A DNA stretch of 64,000 nt from Macrostomum lignano (taxonomy: Eukaryota). The position numbers and the translations under genes are program-made. Below the pieces are notes generated by a model, which ran no database searches, was not told where the DNA came from, and saw only the letters and a list, made by a program, of their open reading frames with translations. Within the stretch, counting starts at the first letter, position 1, and each line of letters starts with the position of its first letter. The stretch spans positions 124,001 to 188,000 of the forward strand of contig NIVC01001385.1 of assembly GCA_002269645.1 (NCBI GenBank), written 5' to 3'. Positions 47,091-60,140 of this stretch are shown here, piece after piece.

Positions 47091-47978
47091 TAGGGATTCC
47101 AAAATCCCGACATTTTACAATCCCGGGATTGAATAGTCCCGAAATCCCGATGCTGTTGAAATCCCGGGATTCAAAATCCCGGAATCCTGGTGCTTTTGCA
47201 ATCCCGGGATTAAAAATCCCGGGATTCGATTCCCAAAAAAATCCCGGGATTCAAATCCCGGATTTTTGGCCCCAATCCCGGGATCCCGGGATCCCGGGAT
47301 TGGAATCCCTAAATTGCTAGACGGACTGTGCGGCGTGCCGCGTGCAGTAGTCATGGTCTCGCGACTCTCAGAGTCTCAGGGCCTTTTCATATTACCAATT
47401 CCAGAACCAGAATCGGTTCGGAATTCGAAGAAAAACAGCAGTATAACTATTAAACTCTGTTAATATTTGACTGCCTTAACAGCCTCACTTAGCACAATTT
47501 TTCACTTTCTTCTTGGCGACTGTCATTCAATAATAAAAACTTTATAGCACGTATCTCCCTCTAGTTATGGAGACAAAAAGTTTATACTTCACAAATTGGT
47601 TCTTGTTCTGGAACCAGAGCAAGCAATATGAAAAGGCCCTCAGTCTCGTCTCGTGGTAGAAAACAAAAAAAAAGTTAAAATTATCTATCATTTACAGTTC
47701 ACATTAACAATTTTTAGCTCAATTAGGACAGGAGCTTTGCAAATGTTTAACGTTTCATTGAGAAACAGCAAAAACAAATAAATGTTTTATTATTCAAATA
47801 AACGTTTAGACTTTAAATTATCTAATTTAGGCATTGAAAGGTCGTTCTAATCCCGGACCAATCCCGGGATTAAGGCCTTGAAATCCCGGGATCCCGATCC
47901 CGGTCTTTTGCAATCACCGGATTCAATTCCCAAAAAAATCCCGGGATTCAAATCCCGGATTTTTGGCCCCAATCCCTA
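47091..47978. mobile_element. Nested TAGGGATT-ended element rich in ATCCCGGGAT palindromes, inserted in a poly-G run
   Basis: Ends TAGGGATT..AATCCCTA, flanked by G12 and G13. Inner IR AGGGCCTTTTCATATT at 47378-47393 and 47625-47640. Confidence 0.65.
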
Positions 47979-48104
47979 GGGGGGGGGGGGGCAAACAGGG
48001 TGCATGCCCTTGTTGAGTTAGATTTTTTTATATGGAAAATGCATATTATCATGTACCGATTATTTTCCAAATCCATCTTGTCAGCACTCATTTTAAAAAA
48101 TTCC

Positions 48105-48540
48105 ACAGGCACCCATTTTAGTGCCACAGGCACCCATTTTAGTGCCGCAAGCACCCATTTCCCATAGGCACCCATTTTAGCACCATAGGTACCCATTTTA
48201 GTGCCACAGGCACCCATTTTAATGCCGCAGGCACCCATTTCCCATAGGCACCCATTTTAGCACCACAGGCACCCATTTTAGTGCCACAGGCACCCATTTT
48301 AATGCCGCAGGCACCCATTTTAGTGCCGCAAGCACCCATTTCCCATAGGCACCCATTTTAGCACCATAGGTACCCATTTTAGCACCGCAGGCACCCATTT
48401 AAACACCACAGGCACTCATTTTAGCGCCATAGGCACTTGTTTAAGTGCCACAGGCAGCCATTAGTGCTGCAGGCACCCATTTTAGTGCTACAGGCACCCA
48501 TTTTAACACTGCAGACACTCATTTTAGCGCTGCAGGCACT
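48105..48540. repeat. About 21-bp minisatellite GGCACCCATTTTAGTGCCACA
   Basis: Direct reading. It accounts for the MGACG(T/I)K and KWVP ORFs. Confidence 0.92.
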
Positions 48541-51500
48541 TATTTTTGTCACCTACCAGCAAAAATGCATTCATGCAAAGCAGCAAAAACCCAAAATAAG
48601 CAAGAAGACTACATTTTAGATTTAAATTGTGTAGGGACCAGATACCATTACTGCCCCCCCATTTTAAAAAGTGAGGGGGGCCATGGCCCCACTGGCCCCC
48701 CATTCCTATGCCTATGTTGAGATTATGGCTAAACTGAAAGGAGGAGATTATGGCTCATCAACTGTTATATTTTTAACTGAAATGAGATTATAACCAATGT
48801 TGCTTAGAGATTATGGCTAAACTGCTTCAAGTTTATAGGCTAAACTGAAATGAGATTATTGCTTTGAAACTATCTCAACTGCTATGAAATTATGGCAAAA
48901 ATGAAATGAGATTGTGACTAAATAAAAAAACAAAGTTTTAATGAAAAAATCTTGTGTTATTATGAACTAGTCTAGAGTGATATGCAGTTTGAAAGTTAAG
49001 GAGCTAAAAAATGTCTTACTGTGACATTGGGCTACATTTGAAAAATACTCAACATTATCTGGACTATGGTAAGCATAAAGGGGGACTATATAATTGAGGG
49101 ACCCCAAAAGAATTGGGATCCTAGACCCCAAGTCCTAGGATCCTCAGATTTTTGGATTTGGGATACAAGGATTGACTTTCCTACTAAACTGATATTTCAA
49201 GAATAAATAACATATTAAGGACAACCATAGGGTTATGTCAAAAAAATGTACAAATCAATCAATTAAAAATAATGGGTTATTGCATTTTGCTTATGTTATT
49301 TATTTTAAGAAGATATTGAAATGAGATGTTAAAAGCAAAAAGCTATTTAATCCTTAGGTCACCAGGAACACCTAATAAGCAGACTGAAACAAACAAATAC
49401 TATTTTGAGTTTATGAGTTAGCTACCTAGCTTATAAATACATATATCTGTACATATAAAAATCAAAACTCTATCTGTCTATGTCTGTGTGTGCACAATTT
49501 TATTTGCTTTGGACTCCCAAACAACTCAACTAAATTGCAACCAATTTTTTACCTACCCTAAACTAACTATGGAGAATGTCTTAGGCTACCTTCTCAATTA
49601 TAATAATATGCGACCAAAGTTGATGGATAGGATTCTCGTTCATTAGATATATCCAACTGCTGATACCAAAATTGTAACAGGCCTTTACTTTTCCCTATTT
49701 AGAATCTCACAGCTGATACCAAGTTGGGCATAGATCTTAGAATAGGGTCTAAGTATAAGTCTATAGGTATAAGTCTAAATATAAGTCTAAGAATAAGTCT
49801 AAGTATAAGTCTAAGAATTTGTCTAAGTATTTACTTCTTCTGTAGCATTCTTACTATATGCTGGTAGTGTTTTTAGTATTTAAACACATGGCTAATATGT
49901 TTTTGTAGGCCTTGATCATGACAGAAACAGAATAATTCATAGTAGCTAATGGCACATCACATTCTATTAACATCTAAAACAAATAAATATAAGATTTTTT
50001 TATAGATCTTATATCCCAGGAAATCCCAGGATCCTGGAAATCCCTGGATCCTGGGATTGACTTTAGGATTGGAGATTTCCACCTAGTTTACCTCGATTGT
50101 GTCATAAATTTTGATTTTTGTGACAAAACAAACATCCCATTTGTGTATTTTTAAGTTTTTAACACCATTTAGCTTGTTTGTTGCTCCCAATTGTTTTTGT
50201 CCAATATTACAAAATGAATAAAGGAACTCAAAAAGAACAAAACTCAATTCAATAGGGCCTAAACAGTTTTTATTTTTTGCTTTTACCTCCTCCTTCCGCA
50301 TATATACATAGCTGCAACCCCCTAGGCCTACCCATTCCCACTTGGGGCACCAATGTATATAAGGGGGTGTTAGGGAAGAGGAGGACACGCGGCATAGGCA
50401 GCTGCACCCACCAGGGCCCAGTTTTATTGATTTTCCAAGAATCCAAGTTCCACTTTGATCTAAATGAGAAGAGAAACAAGAACTTGGGATAAACAAAACA
50501 CAACTAGGGAAGGGGCCTTTAGCGGCCTAGCCCTTATCTAGCCATCCACCTCCTAGGCCTCCCTGCACCCACCATCTCATGCAGAGGCAGAGCTGTTAAA
50601 GTGTACATACACTACAGTGTATATATATACACAAAGCTCTTATTCCTTTCTAGCCCACATAGCCAAACCCAATCATATATTGCCTACCCAGAGCCTAGAC
50701 CCCACCCTAGCATATCTTAGCAAGTTTCATTTCTATCTCTGTCCCAAGAGCTAGCATCTGCCTACTAGTGCTCTGCTACCTCTAAGTCTGACTAATGACC
50801 ACAAATAGAGTTTATCTATCCCTGCTGTCTTTTTGGACTGCACATTACACAGTGCACAGCATAGTGCACAGCATAGTGCACAGCACAGTGCATAGCACAG
50901 TGCACATGCACATGTACTATAGGGCCTACCATCATAAACTAATTATAATATCTTGTTTTTTACTATTTCAGTAACTCAGTTTCTACTTTTCATATTTCAA
51001 TATTTGAATCCCAAATCCTGACATAATCCCAACTTCCAATCCAGGAATCCTATAATCCCAAAAATGTCTAAATCCTAGGATTTCGGAATCCCAGGATTGT
51101 GACCCCTAATCAATACAGATTGCAGGTGAATAACTCGTGCAGGCTTTAAGCTAGGGTGCCAATTTTTGACTTATCAATGCATCTCACATGCGTCAAGATA
51201 AATATAGTTTCATAGCTTTGCATTGAGTGAAAATGTCTCTGTCAGCAAATGTCAAGCTAGATCCCCAAAATACACTATGAAGATAGGAACACTATGTATT
51301 TTAGCTATGCATGTATTTTAAGATGTTCTTCAGCTTAGGGGGCCTAGTTGCATAAATATTGGCATTGCATAATAATACACTATTTTCTTATAGAGATAGG
51401 CCTAAGAACATACTTTATAGGCCTATGTCAATAAAATAATTTGTATAGGCTTTTTTTGAATGCTGAGATACTTTATGTACTTTTTTATCTTGGACTTAGT

Positions 51501-54500
51501 TGCATCAATGTTTTTGTAAAATTTTAAGGGGTTTCATTCAAGTAAAGAAATATTATAGTGGCTTTGTTAAAATTTTAATGTGAATCTAAATGTCAATTGG
51601 GAAAGGGTCACCCTAAAACATGCACCGCATGCACTGCCCTGAACTGCTACACATTATAACATTTTTTGTTAATCTAGTATTTGCTTGCAGAGAAAAGTAT
51701 TTTCAGCAACATTGAAAAGTCGTCATTCTATGCACTAGTGAGCAATTTCTCTTGAACTAGGCCTATTCTGAAATAAAAGATACAAGAAATAACTAATTGG
51801 GCCTATCAGGGGCGTAGCGGGGGGGGTATCGGTGTATCGGCCGATACTCCCAAATTTCCAAAGCAAAAATTTTTTTATTTACTTTTTTTAGTTGCAAGTG
51901 ACCGTTAAGGAAGAGAAAGGTATCCGAATCGATAGAATAACAATTAACAAACGAATAGAGTGATTATATGTAATAGTATCATTAATAGCTTGTATGCATT
52001 AGAAATACATTAAGGCCTAAGGGGATGTGTGGATCTCAAGTCATTTCATTGCTTTCTTTGTACTCGTATAACTTGGTCCTTGGACAACTATCAACTATCA
52101 ACTCATTCTCCCAACCGACCAACCGACTATTAAGGGGTGAGGGGGGTGAGTGGATAACCGAGGGGGTGGCCGGGTGGGACTGGGGCGTGGCCCGTGGGCA
52201 GTCTGCCAGCTGAGCCAGTGGAATCAGTGATGAACGATGGGGTGGGTTGCCTGGCCAGTTTTCGCTGCAAAATGCATTAGCTTCTGAATTGTTTGAAAGA
52301 AGTCTGTCTTGAATTAACTAGAAAATAAAATTCAGGGGCCAGGGGGTGAAGGGTATATTATGTACAGAGGAGAGAACAAGTAGTATGAAGACGCACACGT
52401 CTTTTTGCCACCAGTGAACGGGCTTCTTTTTAGACGTGGGTCTTCATACTACTTGATAAACCTAGTTTTGTACCGATGAAAAAGAACTTTGAGAAGCTCA
52501 ATAAAAATGTAAATCTCTACTTCTCCCATTTTCTCTCTTTGTCTGTTCTGTTTCTCTCCACTCTAATCTCTCTCTAGTCTCCCCTCTCCTCTCCTCTCGC
52601 TTCTAGCTCTCGTTTTATCTCTTATCTTCTCTTTAGTCTTATCTCTTCTCTATTCTCTTTCTCTCTCATCTGACCCGCAGCCATGAGCTGGAATCGAGTC
52701 TTCTATAATAGGCTTTAGAAGGCCTCGATATAAAAAATTTCTAATGACTCCAGAGCGTAGCAGGGTTATATTTTGCAAAGAAAGCTATAAATAAAGTCTT
52801 TCCAAAACACTGTACATTCCTACTTCAGAAGCCGTATCGCCTGACTTTTTAGTCGGGGGGAGGATTGTACACGTAGTGACTTGGATCTTGCGCCCGACAA
52901 ACTTTGTACTGGGCTTGCAATTCAAATGTGCAGTTAAAGAGCTAAATTTAATACGAAATTCTAATCACGAGACGCCCGTTTTTCGATCTAATTTCCCTTG
53001 GTCTGTGTGCGAGTCAAATGAAGCTCTATTACACGCCCTCCAAACCAAGCCGCCAAGCCCTCTCGCGTTGCCACAACCCCACTTGGAAGGGACGGGTGTG
53101 TACATTGTATGTACGATTATTCCTTCCTTTCCTTTCCTTTCCTTCCTTTCTAACCAGCTTAACTCAGCCCAATGCCAAAGCCATGCAAGCAATCACATGC
53201 AAATGCAGATTATGCAAAGCGGTATGCAGCTTAATATGATGAATTTCGATGCAAAAAAGGCATTTTTACATGAAAAAAAACATCGAATGGTTATGAAATT
53301 CAAGAAATTTGTTAAATTAACTATATGGAACACTGTGCATTGGTTTCAGTGCGAAATTCCTACCATTTCCAGTTTAAATAGCCCCGGAACTAACATGAAA
53401 GTAAAAAGTCAAGTTTTCAGTTTTTTATCGATAATTTTTTACTAAATAAACCGAATCACTAGAAATTGCACACAAATATACCTCGTTTTTTTGGGAAATC
53501 AGCCGTCATAAAAATAATGCCGTCTTATTGCATTTTTTTGCCTGATTTCAAGCAAAATATTAAAAAATCACTACTCTGATCGATTTCCAATCACTTTTGA
53601 CACATGAGCACTTGTTGCAGACACTCAAAAACTTGGTCAATTTTAGCCAGACATTAGTACAACTCGTTGCAGTATCCACATTTGATCTAGCATTCTTTTA
53701 AAATTTTAATCACCCATTTTCTGGCACTCAATCAGCCAAAAATCACAAACTATCGATTTCTGATCGATTTTTCAATCCGAAAGCAGCGAAAGCAGACGGC
53801 AGCAATTTACACCAATATAGTACAGCAACTATGCTATAGAAATTCGATATTGGCTTATTCGCACCATGTTCTCAAAATTATAATGAGCGATAATGCGAAA
53901 GTCATGTGATTTTTTGAAAAATCGATTTTTGTCAATTTTCTCAGCACTGCAGAAGCGTAGGAAAACAAAACTTTAGACACTTGTAGATATTTGCATTGCG
54001 CACTCAAATGCACTGCTTTAAAGCCGAAACTTAAAAAGGTTCGTAGGAAAAAGTGGGGAAATAATAAAATGAGGGTCATTTTTTTACCCAAAAAACCCAC
54101 CAAAACTACATAAAGATACCAAAATAAATCAAAGCGCCATATACCATTTTGTAGGAAATTTAGTTTTACAACTTTGATTCTCAGATGTCGAAGCTGTATC
54201 TCGTAAGGTGTACCAGAATTTTGAGATCTCCTAGAAGCACTTTTGAAAAAATCGTCTTTCCAGTTAATTTACGGCTCATTTAAAAAATCTCTGCATTTAA
54301 AAGTACATTCATTCGATAGATCTAAAAGTTTTCTATCGATCGACACCTCACTCAACTCAATCGGTGCAGTGGTTGCAAAACAGGAACATTTTTTGGCGGA
54401 AAACGTGAAATTTCAAAATGCATTAGAGTCTAACTTATTTACTCGTAAATACTTTCTAGCCCATGTCGGCCTTCGGCCGCCATGGGTAGTAAATTATTCA

Positions 54501-54857
54501 CTCGCCCTCGGCCCCTGGCGGGGCCTCGGGTTCTCTCGCTCTCGCCCGACGCCGCCTTCGGCGGCGCCGGGCTCGGCTCGTTCACTGGTGGAACTAGAAC
54601 TAGAAGGAAAGAAGGAGGAACTAAATAGGCATGTACATTAAGAAAGACTAAGATGAGCATCTACGTCTGCCTGCTGACCCCACCATCCTGAGAAGACTAT
54701 AAAAAGGGGAAGGAATAAGGAAAGAATTAACTATAACCTCGCCTCCTCCAAGCCGTTTATTCTAAGGCCGTAAAGCCGTTTATTCTAAATCTAAGGCAGA
54801 CTTTTTTATTTCTGGACTGCTACTAAAGTCTGCAAAAGAGTTCATGTGGAATTCAAA

Positions 54858-57800
54858 ATGAGCAAGCGAAAATCTCATGGTCATGATATCCGCTCATTAT
54901 TTGAGAACTTAAAGCGGTCCCGCCCTAACCCTGATCCTGCGCTACTGTCTACGCCTAGTTCTAGCACTACACAGCCAGATTCATCTATTGTGTCTTGTGA
55001 CACTGCTACTGGCAGTTTGCCCGACTTGGCTACTCCGAATTCAGTTCCAACAGCTCCCGAGCAACAACTGCAAGCTACTATTACTTCTTCAAGTCAGTTT
55101 GACAAGTCTGATCTCCAACATCAAGCAGATGAAGCAGCTGCTAAGACTGAGATCAATGTCAATGACATCGGCTATGCTGTTGAGCTTCGTCGCGATGGAA
55201 AGCTGGATACAGCTACTCGACTGCGATTCCTTAAGGACTGTTGGGTGCCCCCACAAGGGTACTCATTCCCGTTCACGCTTAAATCTGATAAGGGCAATGT
55301 CCACAAGCGCTACTTGTCTCACCAACATCTAACTGGTCGCAATGCATGCTTTGCGTATTCTGCTAAGCTCGGCGGCGTATTTTGCAAGTAAGTTAGAAGT
55401 TAATGTGAGTTTATTGATGTATTGCTAAATTGTACTCTTGACATCTGGATCTGGTCTTGAGGTACATGTATGGACCACAGATACTAGAACAACTCTAGTA
55501 TCTAGTATCTAGTATCTAGTGTTCTAGTATCTGTGGTATGGACTTAATGCTCACTCCTACCATTCTAACCATTTCTTTCTCCTTTAGGTATTGCGTTCTA
55601 TTTCTTCCGACCAACTTTGCCATCCATGGACAAACAGTCGATGCCTTTGTGGGAACTCCATGCACTAAGTTCAATGTCATCACAACAAAGCTGAAGAAAC
55701 ATTTGCAATGTGACTACCACAGAAGTGACTCTGTGATCAAAGCCGATGCCCTGCTATCTGGAACGAATGTTGGCCACATGCTGGATGTCAGTCGCGCAAA
55801 GCTAGTGAAGGAAAATAGGGAAAGACTAAAACACGTAATTGAACCAATTGAATTTCTCGCTCGCTGTGGTCTGGCTTTTCGAGGACATCGTGACTGTGGA
55901 CCTATAAAAGTTCATCCAGATGGAACTATTGACTATGATAAAGGGAACTTCGTCGCGCTTCTGCAGCTTCTCGCAAAACATGATCCTATTCTACGTGAAC
56001 ACATTTGCACTGGACCATCAAATGCCAAATACACTTCCAGTGAATCACAGAATGAAATAATTCAGGCTCTGTCTGATGTTATCACCCAAGATTTAGTAAA
56101 AAAATCAACAAAGCAGGCTACTTTGCGCTGCTTGCAGATGAGACTACGGATTCTTCGCACAAAGAACAGATGTCCATCTGTGTTAGGTACCTCGACATCA
56201 GTGATGGAAGTGTAGCTATTCACGAAGAGTTCATATGCTTTGTTCACGTTGAAGATTTGACTGGTATCGGGCTTGCAACAAAGCTTCTCGAGACGCTCGA
56301 TTCTCTCCATATTACAGCACAACTTGTTGCTCAAGGCTATGATGGAGCTTCAGCCATGTCTGGCAAGTTCAATGGTGTTCAGGCAGTGATTCGCGAGCAG
56401 CTGGGAAGAAAACTAGCAATCTATGTGTACTGTGCTGCGCATAATCTAAACCTGTCCCTGCAGGATGCTTGTAAGCTAGATTCAGTTCGTGCCGCTATTA
56501 CTGCTGTTAATACAGTCACAGTCTTCATTTGTTCATCACCGCAAAGAACAGCTCTGCTTGAAAAAAAATCAAAGAGCTGGTTCCGGAGTCATCTGTGCAT
56601 CAACTTCTACAGCACTGCAAGACCAGATGGGTTGAGAAGCAGGAGGCTTTCATCCGATTCAACCTGCTCTTCCCAGCAATCATTGAAACTCTAGAGAAGA
56701 TCAGCACATGGGGAGGAGAGGCAGGCAACAAGGCCTAGATGAAGTTCTGTTTACTCATTCTTGGCAGATCTGTTCTTACTTAAATTTCTTAACAGATCTG
56801 TGAACTTTGGTTAACACATTCTTAACAGATCTGTTCTTACTTAAATCTCTTAGCAGATCTGTATCTGCTTTTGTCTTACAAGATCTTACAAATCTTTGCA
56901 AGCCATTTTTTATTGTTTAATACGTAAAAAACATTCGTGATTTTTTAGAAAATACTTATGAGGTAAAGAGAAAACAAAATTTCTAACTGTATATCAGAAA
57001 AAAGACTTTCGTATATTTTCACATTTCTCTGCTGGATCTTGTCAGATCAGTTCTTGCAGATCTGTACAGACCAGTTTTGAAAAGTGTCTGAATTGTTTTT
57101 TTCCACAAAATATTTAACATAATAGTAATTGCGTTTTTTAATGATTTGTATTTATTTTAGTTGTTCTTCTGGCAGCCAACAGTAAATGAATTTGTTTAAA
57201 TATTCTTTCCGCAGTTCTGAACATAGTGGACCCTTATAGTTTGAATTCTCGCTCTTGCAATAATCTCAGTTCTTTCTTTTGACTTTGCCGAATACGTAAT
57301 TTTTAATTCCTTAAATTGTTTCATAGTGTAGTATCACTATTTTTTACTTTTTTAGCCATAATAACTTTTTTGATTAAGTATAGCTATGGCTTTAAATGAA
57401 GAGCAGATCGCGTCATCAATTAAAAAAATTTGACATAATTGACAGACTGACTATAAAATGTATGATATGCTATATATATATATCTATATCATATATATAT
57501 CTAGGCTTGTTTCCTACTCCCAGGCCTATAAGTATGAGTAGGCCTAGGCCTATGACTTTGTTCTATGCTTTAATAGAAACAGAATGCATGTCTAGACCTA
57601 GTGATGTCCATTAATAATTCATTAATCCATTAATAATTTAGAAATTCAGTTACATACATAGATCAGTATTTTTGTAGTCTTGCATTTCATTATATTATAT
57701 TTATATATACATACCTAGTTCTAGCCCCTAGGCTAGGGCTAGGCTAGTTCTAGTGACCTAGCTAGTAAGTAAATCTTAATTAAATAGGTCTATTCTGTTT

Positions 57801-60140
57801 TTGTTTGTTTTATATATGCTTATCTAGATTTATAAATAGGTAGACTGACATATCTGTAAAACTTGGTTTTAATCCCTCCTTGATTTTAAACACTTAGGTT
57901 AAGAGTGTAATGTCTATTTTTAGTAAATAGTGTTATAACTAGGCTTATCATTTTAATTTTAAAATAATATAGGCCCTACTCTACTAAAAATTGTAATTGC
58001 TATATAGGGTATAGTTTTTCTGAATTAGAATTAAACCTGGATGCTTAAATATAGGCTTGTGGTTGTTAGAAAGTTATCTTAAGCCTTGACCTACTATTTG
58101 AAGAATATAGATAGGCATATCAAAATCTAAAATTATTTATACTAGATAGGCCTAGATAAATAATATGAAAAATATAGAATAGAAGAAAAACAGGTCTAAA
58201 TTTAATTAGACCAAAGAACTTTTACAAAAGTTATTACTCTGACTATTTAAAAACATAACAATGATATTTGTTTTATGTTTTAGTTATTTTGAATTGAATA
58301 TTGATGTTTAAAATCCCAGAACTTTACTACAATTTTCCCTTTCATTCATGCTACTTTACATGGTCAATATGGCATTGCTACTTATGGGTTCCAAGCTTGT
58401 CTTTATACCAAATGGCAAAGTGGCAAGCATCCTATGATTGCTAAAAGAAAAAATGAATCCAGCCTAAAGTAAAAATGCAACATGATAAAGAGCCCTAAAG
58501 TATTACTAAGAGCTCTTATAGACCTACTTTTATTGATAACAAAGTAAGCTTTCTAGCAATATTGACTTTAAAATCTTTCAGTACTGGACTCTTTCAGTTT
58601 CAATTATTTGCAAACCAATTTAATTGTACATTGTAGTAAAAGATGCACCTGGTTTTTTTTCAAATGTTTCTGCTTCTATTTTTTAGTTTCTAAAAGTATT
58701 GCTCACCCTAATTTTATTAGTCCATTGTACCATTAGTATTTTTTCTATTGAATGTGTGCTTAACTTTTGTTTTGAAGTTGACTTATTTTTTGCTTGTGCC
58801 ATTTCCCTTGTGCATACAAGTTTTATTTCATGAGCATTTATGTGTATTTGTTTACATTTTCACAAATAAATATGTCTACTTTATTTTAATTGTTCAATGA
58901 CATTTGCTTTTGTTCTGGCAGCTTACTAGCACAATACTAAAAGTGCAGAATCAAATAAGAAAGTCCTGTCATAACTCGTGTTCTTTATTGGAATTAAATT
59001 AGTGCATTGGGGTTTTATAAATGGATTACTAAACAGATCTTGGAAGATTTGATAAGACGGACAATGCATTCAATTGGTAAAGCTTAATACATCTTACAAG
59101 ATCTGCCCAGATCTCCTAAGATCTGCTCGTGCAGACCGTGCAAGATCTTCCTGCAGATCTTGTAAGTTCTGCCTATATATTTTAATAGTGCAGATCTGTT
59201 ACGTTCTTGCAAGAACGTAGCGAGAAGCTCCAGACAGATCTGCTAAGAAATGGCATGACGATTTCATCTAGGGAATGCTCGAAACAACCTCAAACTTTTG
59301 CTAGACAGCGAATATGTTATTGCAGGCCACATCATCGATGCCGTTCTCACCATCACCAAGCCATTATCAGAGAAATTGCAGTGTGTAGATCTCGATCTTG
59401 TTGATTGTGTCAATGAAATTAAGGCTGTCATCGATGTTCTTCGAGATCTCTGCTCTGATGATGGCCATGTCCGTTACAATAAGATATTCGATTCTGCTGA
59501 GAAAGCACTCGGCGAGCCACTACAAAAGCCTCGAACCAGTGCCAGGTGTCGACAGAAGCATCGTGCCAACCCCGATGTCTCCACGGCACGTGATTACTTC
59601 CGCATAGCAATGTACAATCCATTCCTGGATGGGATAATTGCTACTCTTGAGGAGCGCTTCAGTTCTCATGCGCAGCTTGCATTCCAGATGGCACGACTGC
59701 TTCCTCAGAGTGTTGTTGACGAAAGTTTTGACAGCGTGAAGAAATCGATAGAAATTTACATCGGACAGTTACGAGGATTAAGCTTTGTGGACGACATCGA
59801 GGCTGAATTCTTGCTATGGAAAAAGCGCTGGCAGAATGTCGATCAAAAGGACAGACCGCGAAGTGTGCTCGAGACGTTGGTAAATTCAGCTGTTAGCCTC
59901 CAGAGCTTTCCTAACATCCGGCTTCTACTACAAGTTCTGGCGACGATTCCCGTCACCACTGCAACTGCTGAGCGATCATTCAGTCAGCTTCGTCCACTGA
60001 AGTCGTACCTACGTTCTACAATGGAACAGGAGCGACTGACAGGATTGGCCCAGCTTCTAATCCACAAGGACATGAAGCTGGACATTGATAAAGTTATCGA
60101 TCAGTTCGTACAGAATGGGTGTCGTAGAATTGATCTGTAA
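54858..60140 (+). pseudogene. hAT transposase (ZMYM1/THAP12-like), one intron, two homopolymer frameshifts, one insertion
   Basis: Exon 54858-55387, intron 55388-55587 (GVFCK|YCVLF), then GLAFRGH, GNFVALL, ADETTD, QGYDGASAM, CAAHNLNL, KTRW, and TIPVTTATAERSFSQLR..STMEQERLTGLA. Frameshifts at A7 56098-56104 and A8 56561-56568. Confidence 0.93.
56733..59273. mobile_element. Non-autonomous TIR element (EnSpm-like) inserted in the hAT transposase
   Basis: TIR (G/C)CCTAGATGAA and AGATCT motifs clustered at both ends. Its removal restores ..EAGNK|(N)ARNNLKLLLDSEY.. in frame. The TSD is ambiguous (AAG/AAT, or AA). Confidence 0.75.

Larger units (their letters stand above)
47022..48716. mobile_element. 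Non-autonomous hAT element/MITE
   Basis: TIR CATAGGCGTAGGAA / TTCCTATGCCTATG and an 8-bp TSD TTGAGATT (47014-47021 and 48717-48724). Confidence 0.9.

Noticed and set aside
50080-50520. Solo LTR suggested by CCAAT followed by TATATAAGGGGG near 50350
   Set aside because: No paired TG..CA ends with a TSD could be defined.
56733-59273. Long intron of the hAT transposase
   Set aside because: No GT donor at the left junction or in a compatible phase. TIRs and subterminal repeats indicate a transposon insertion.
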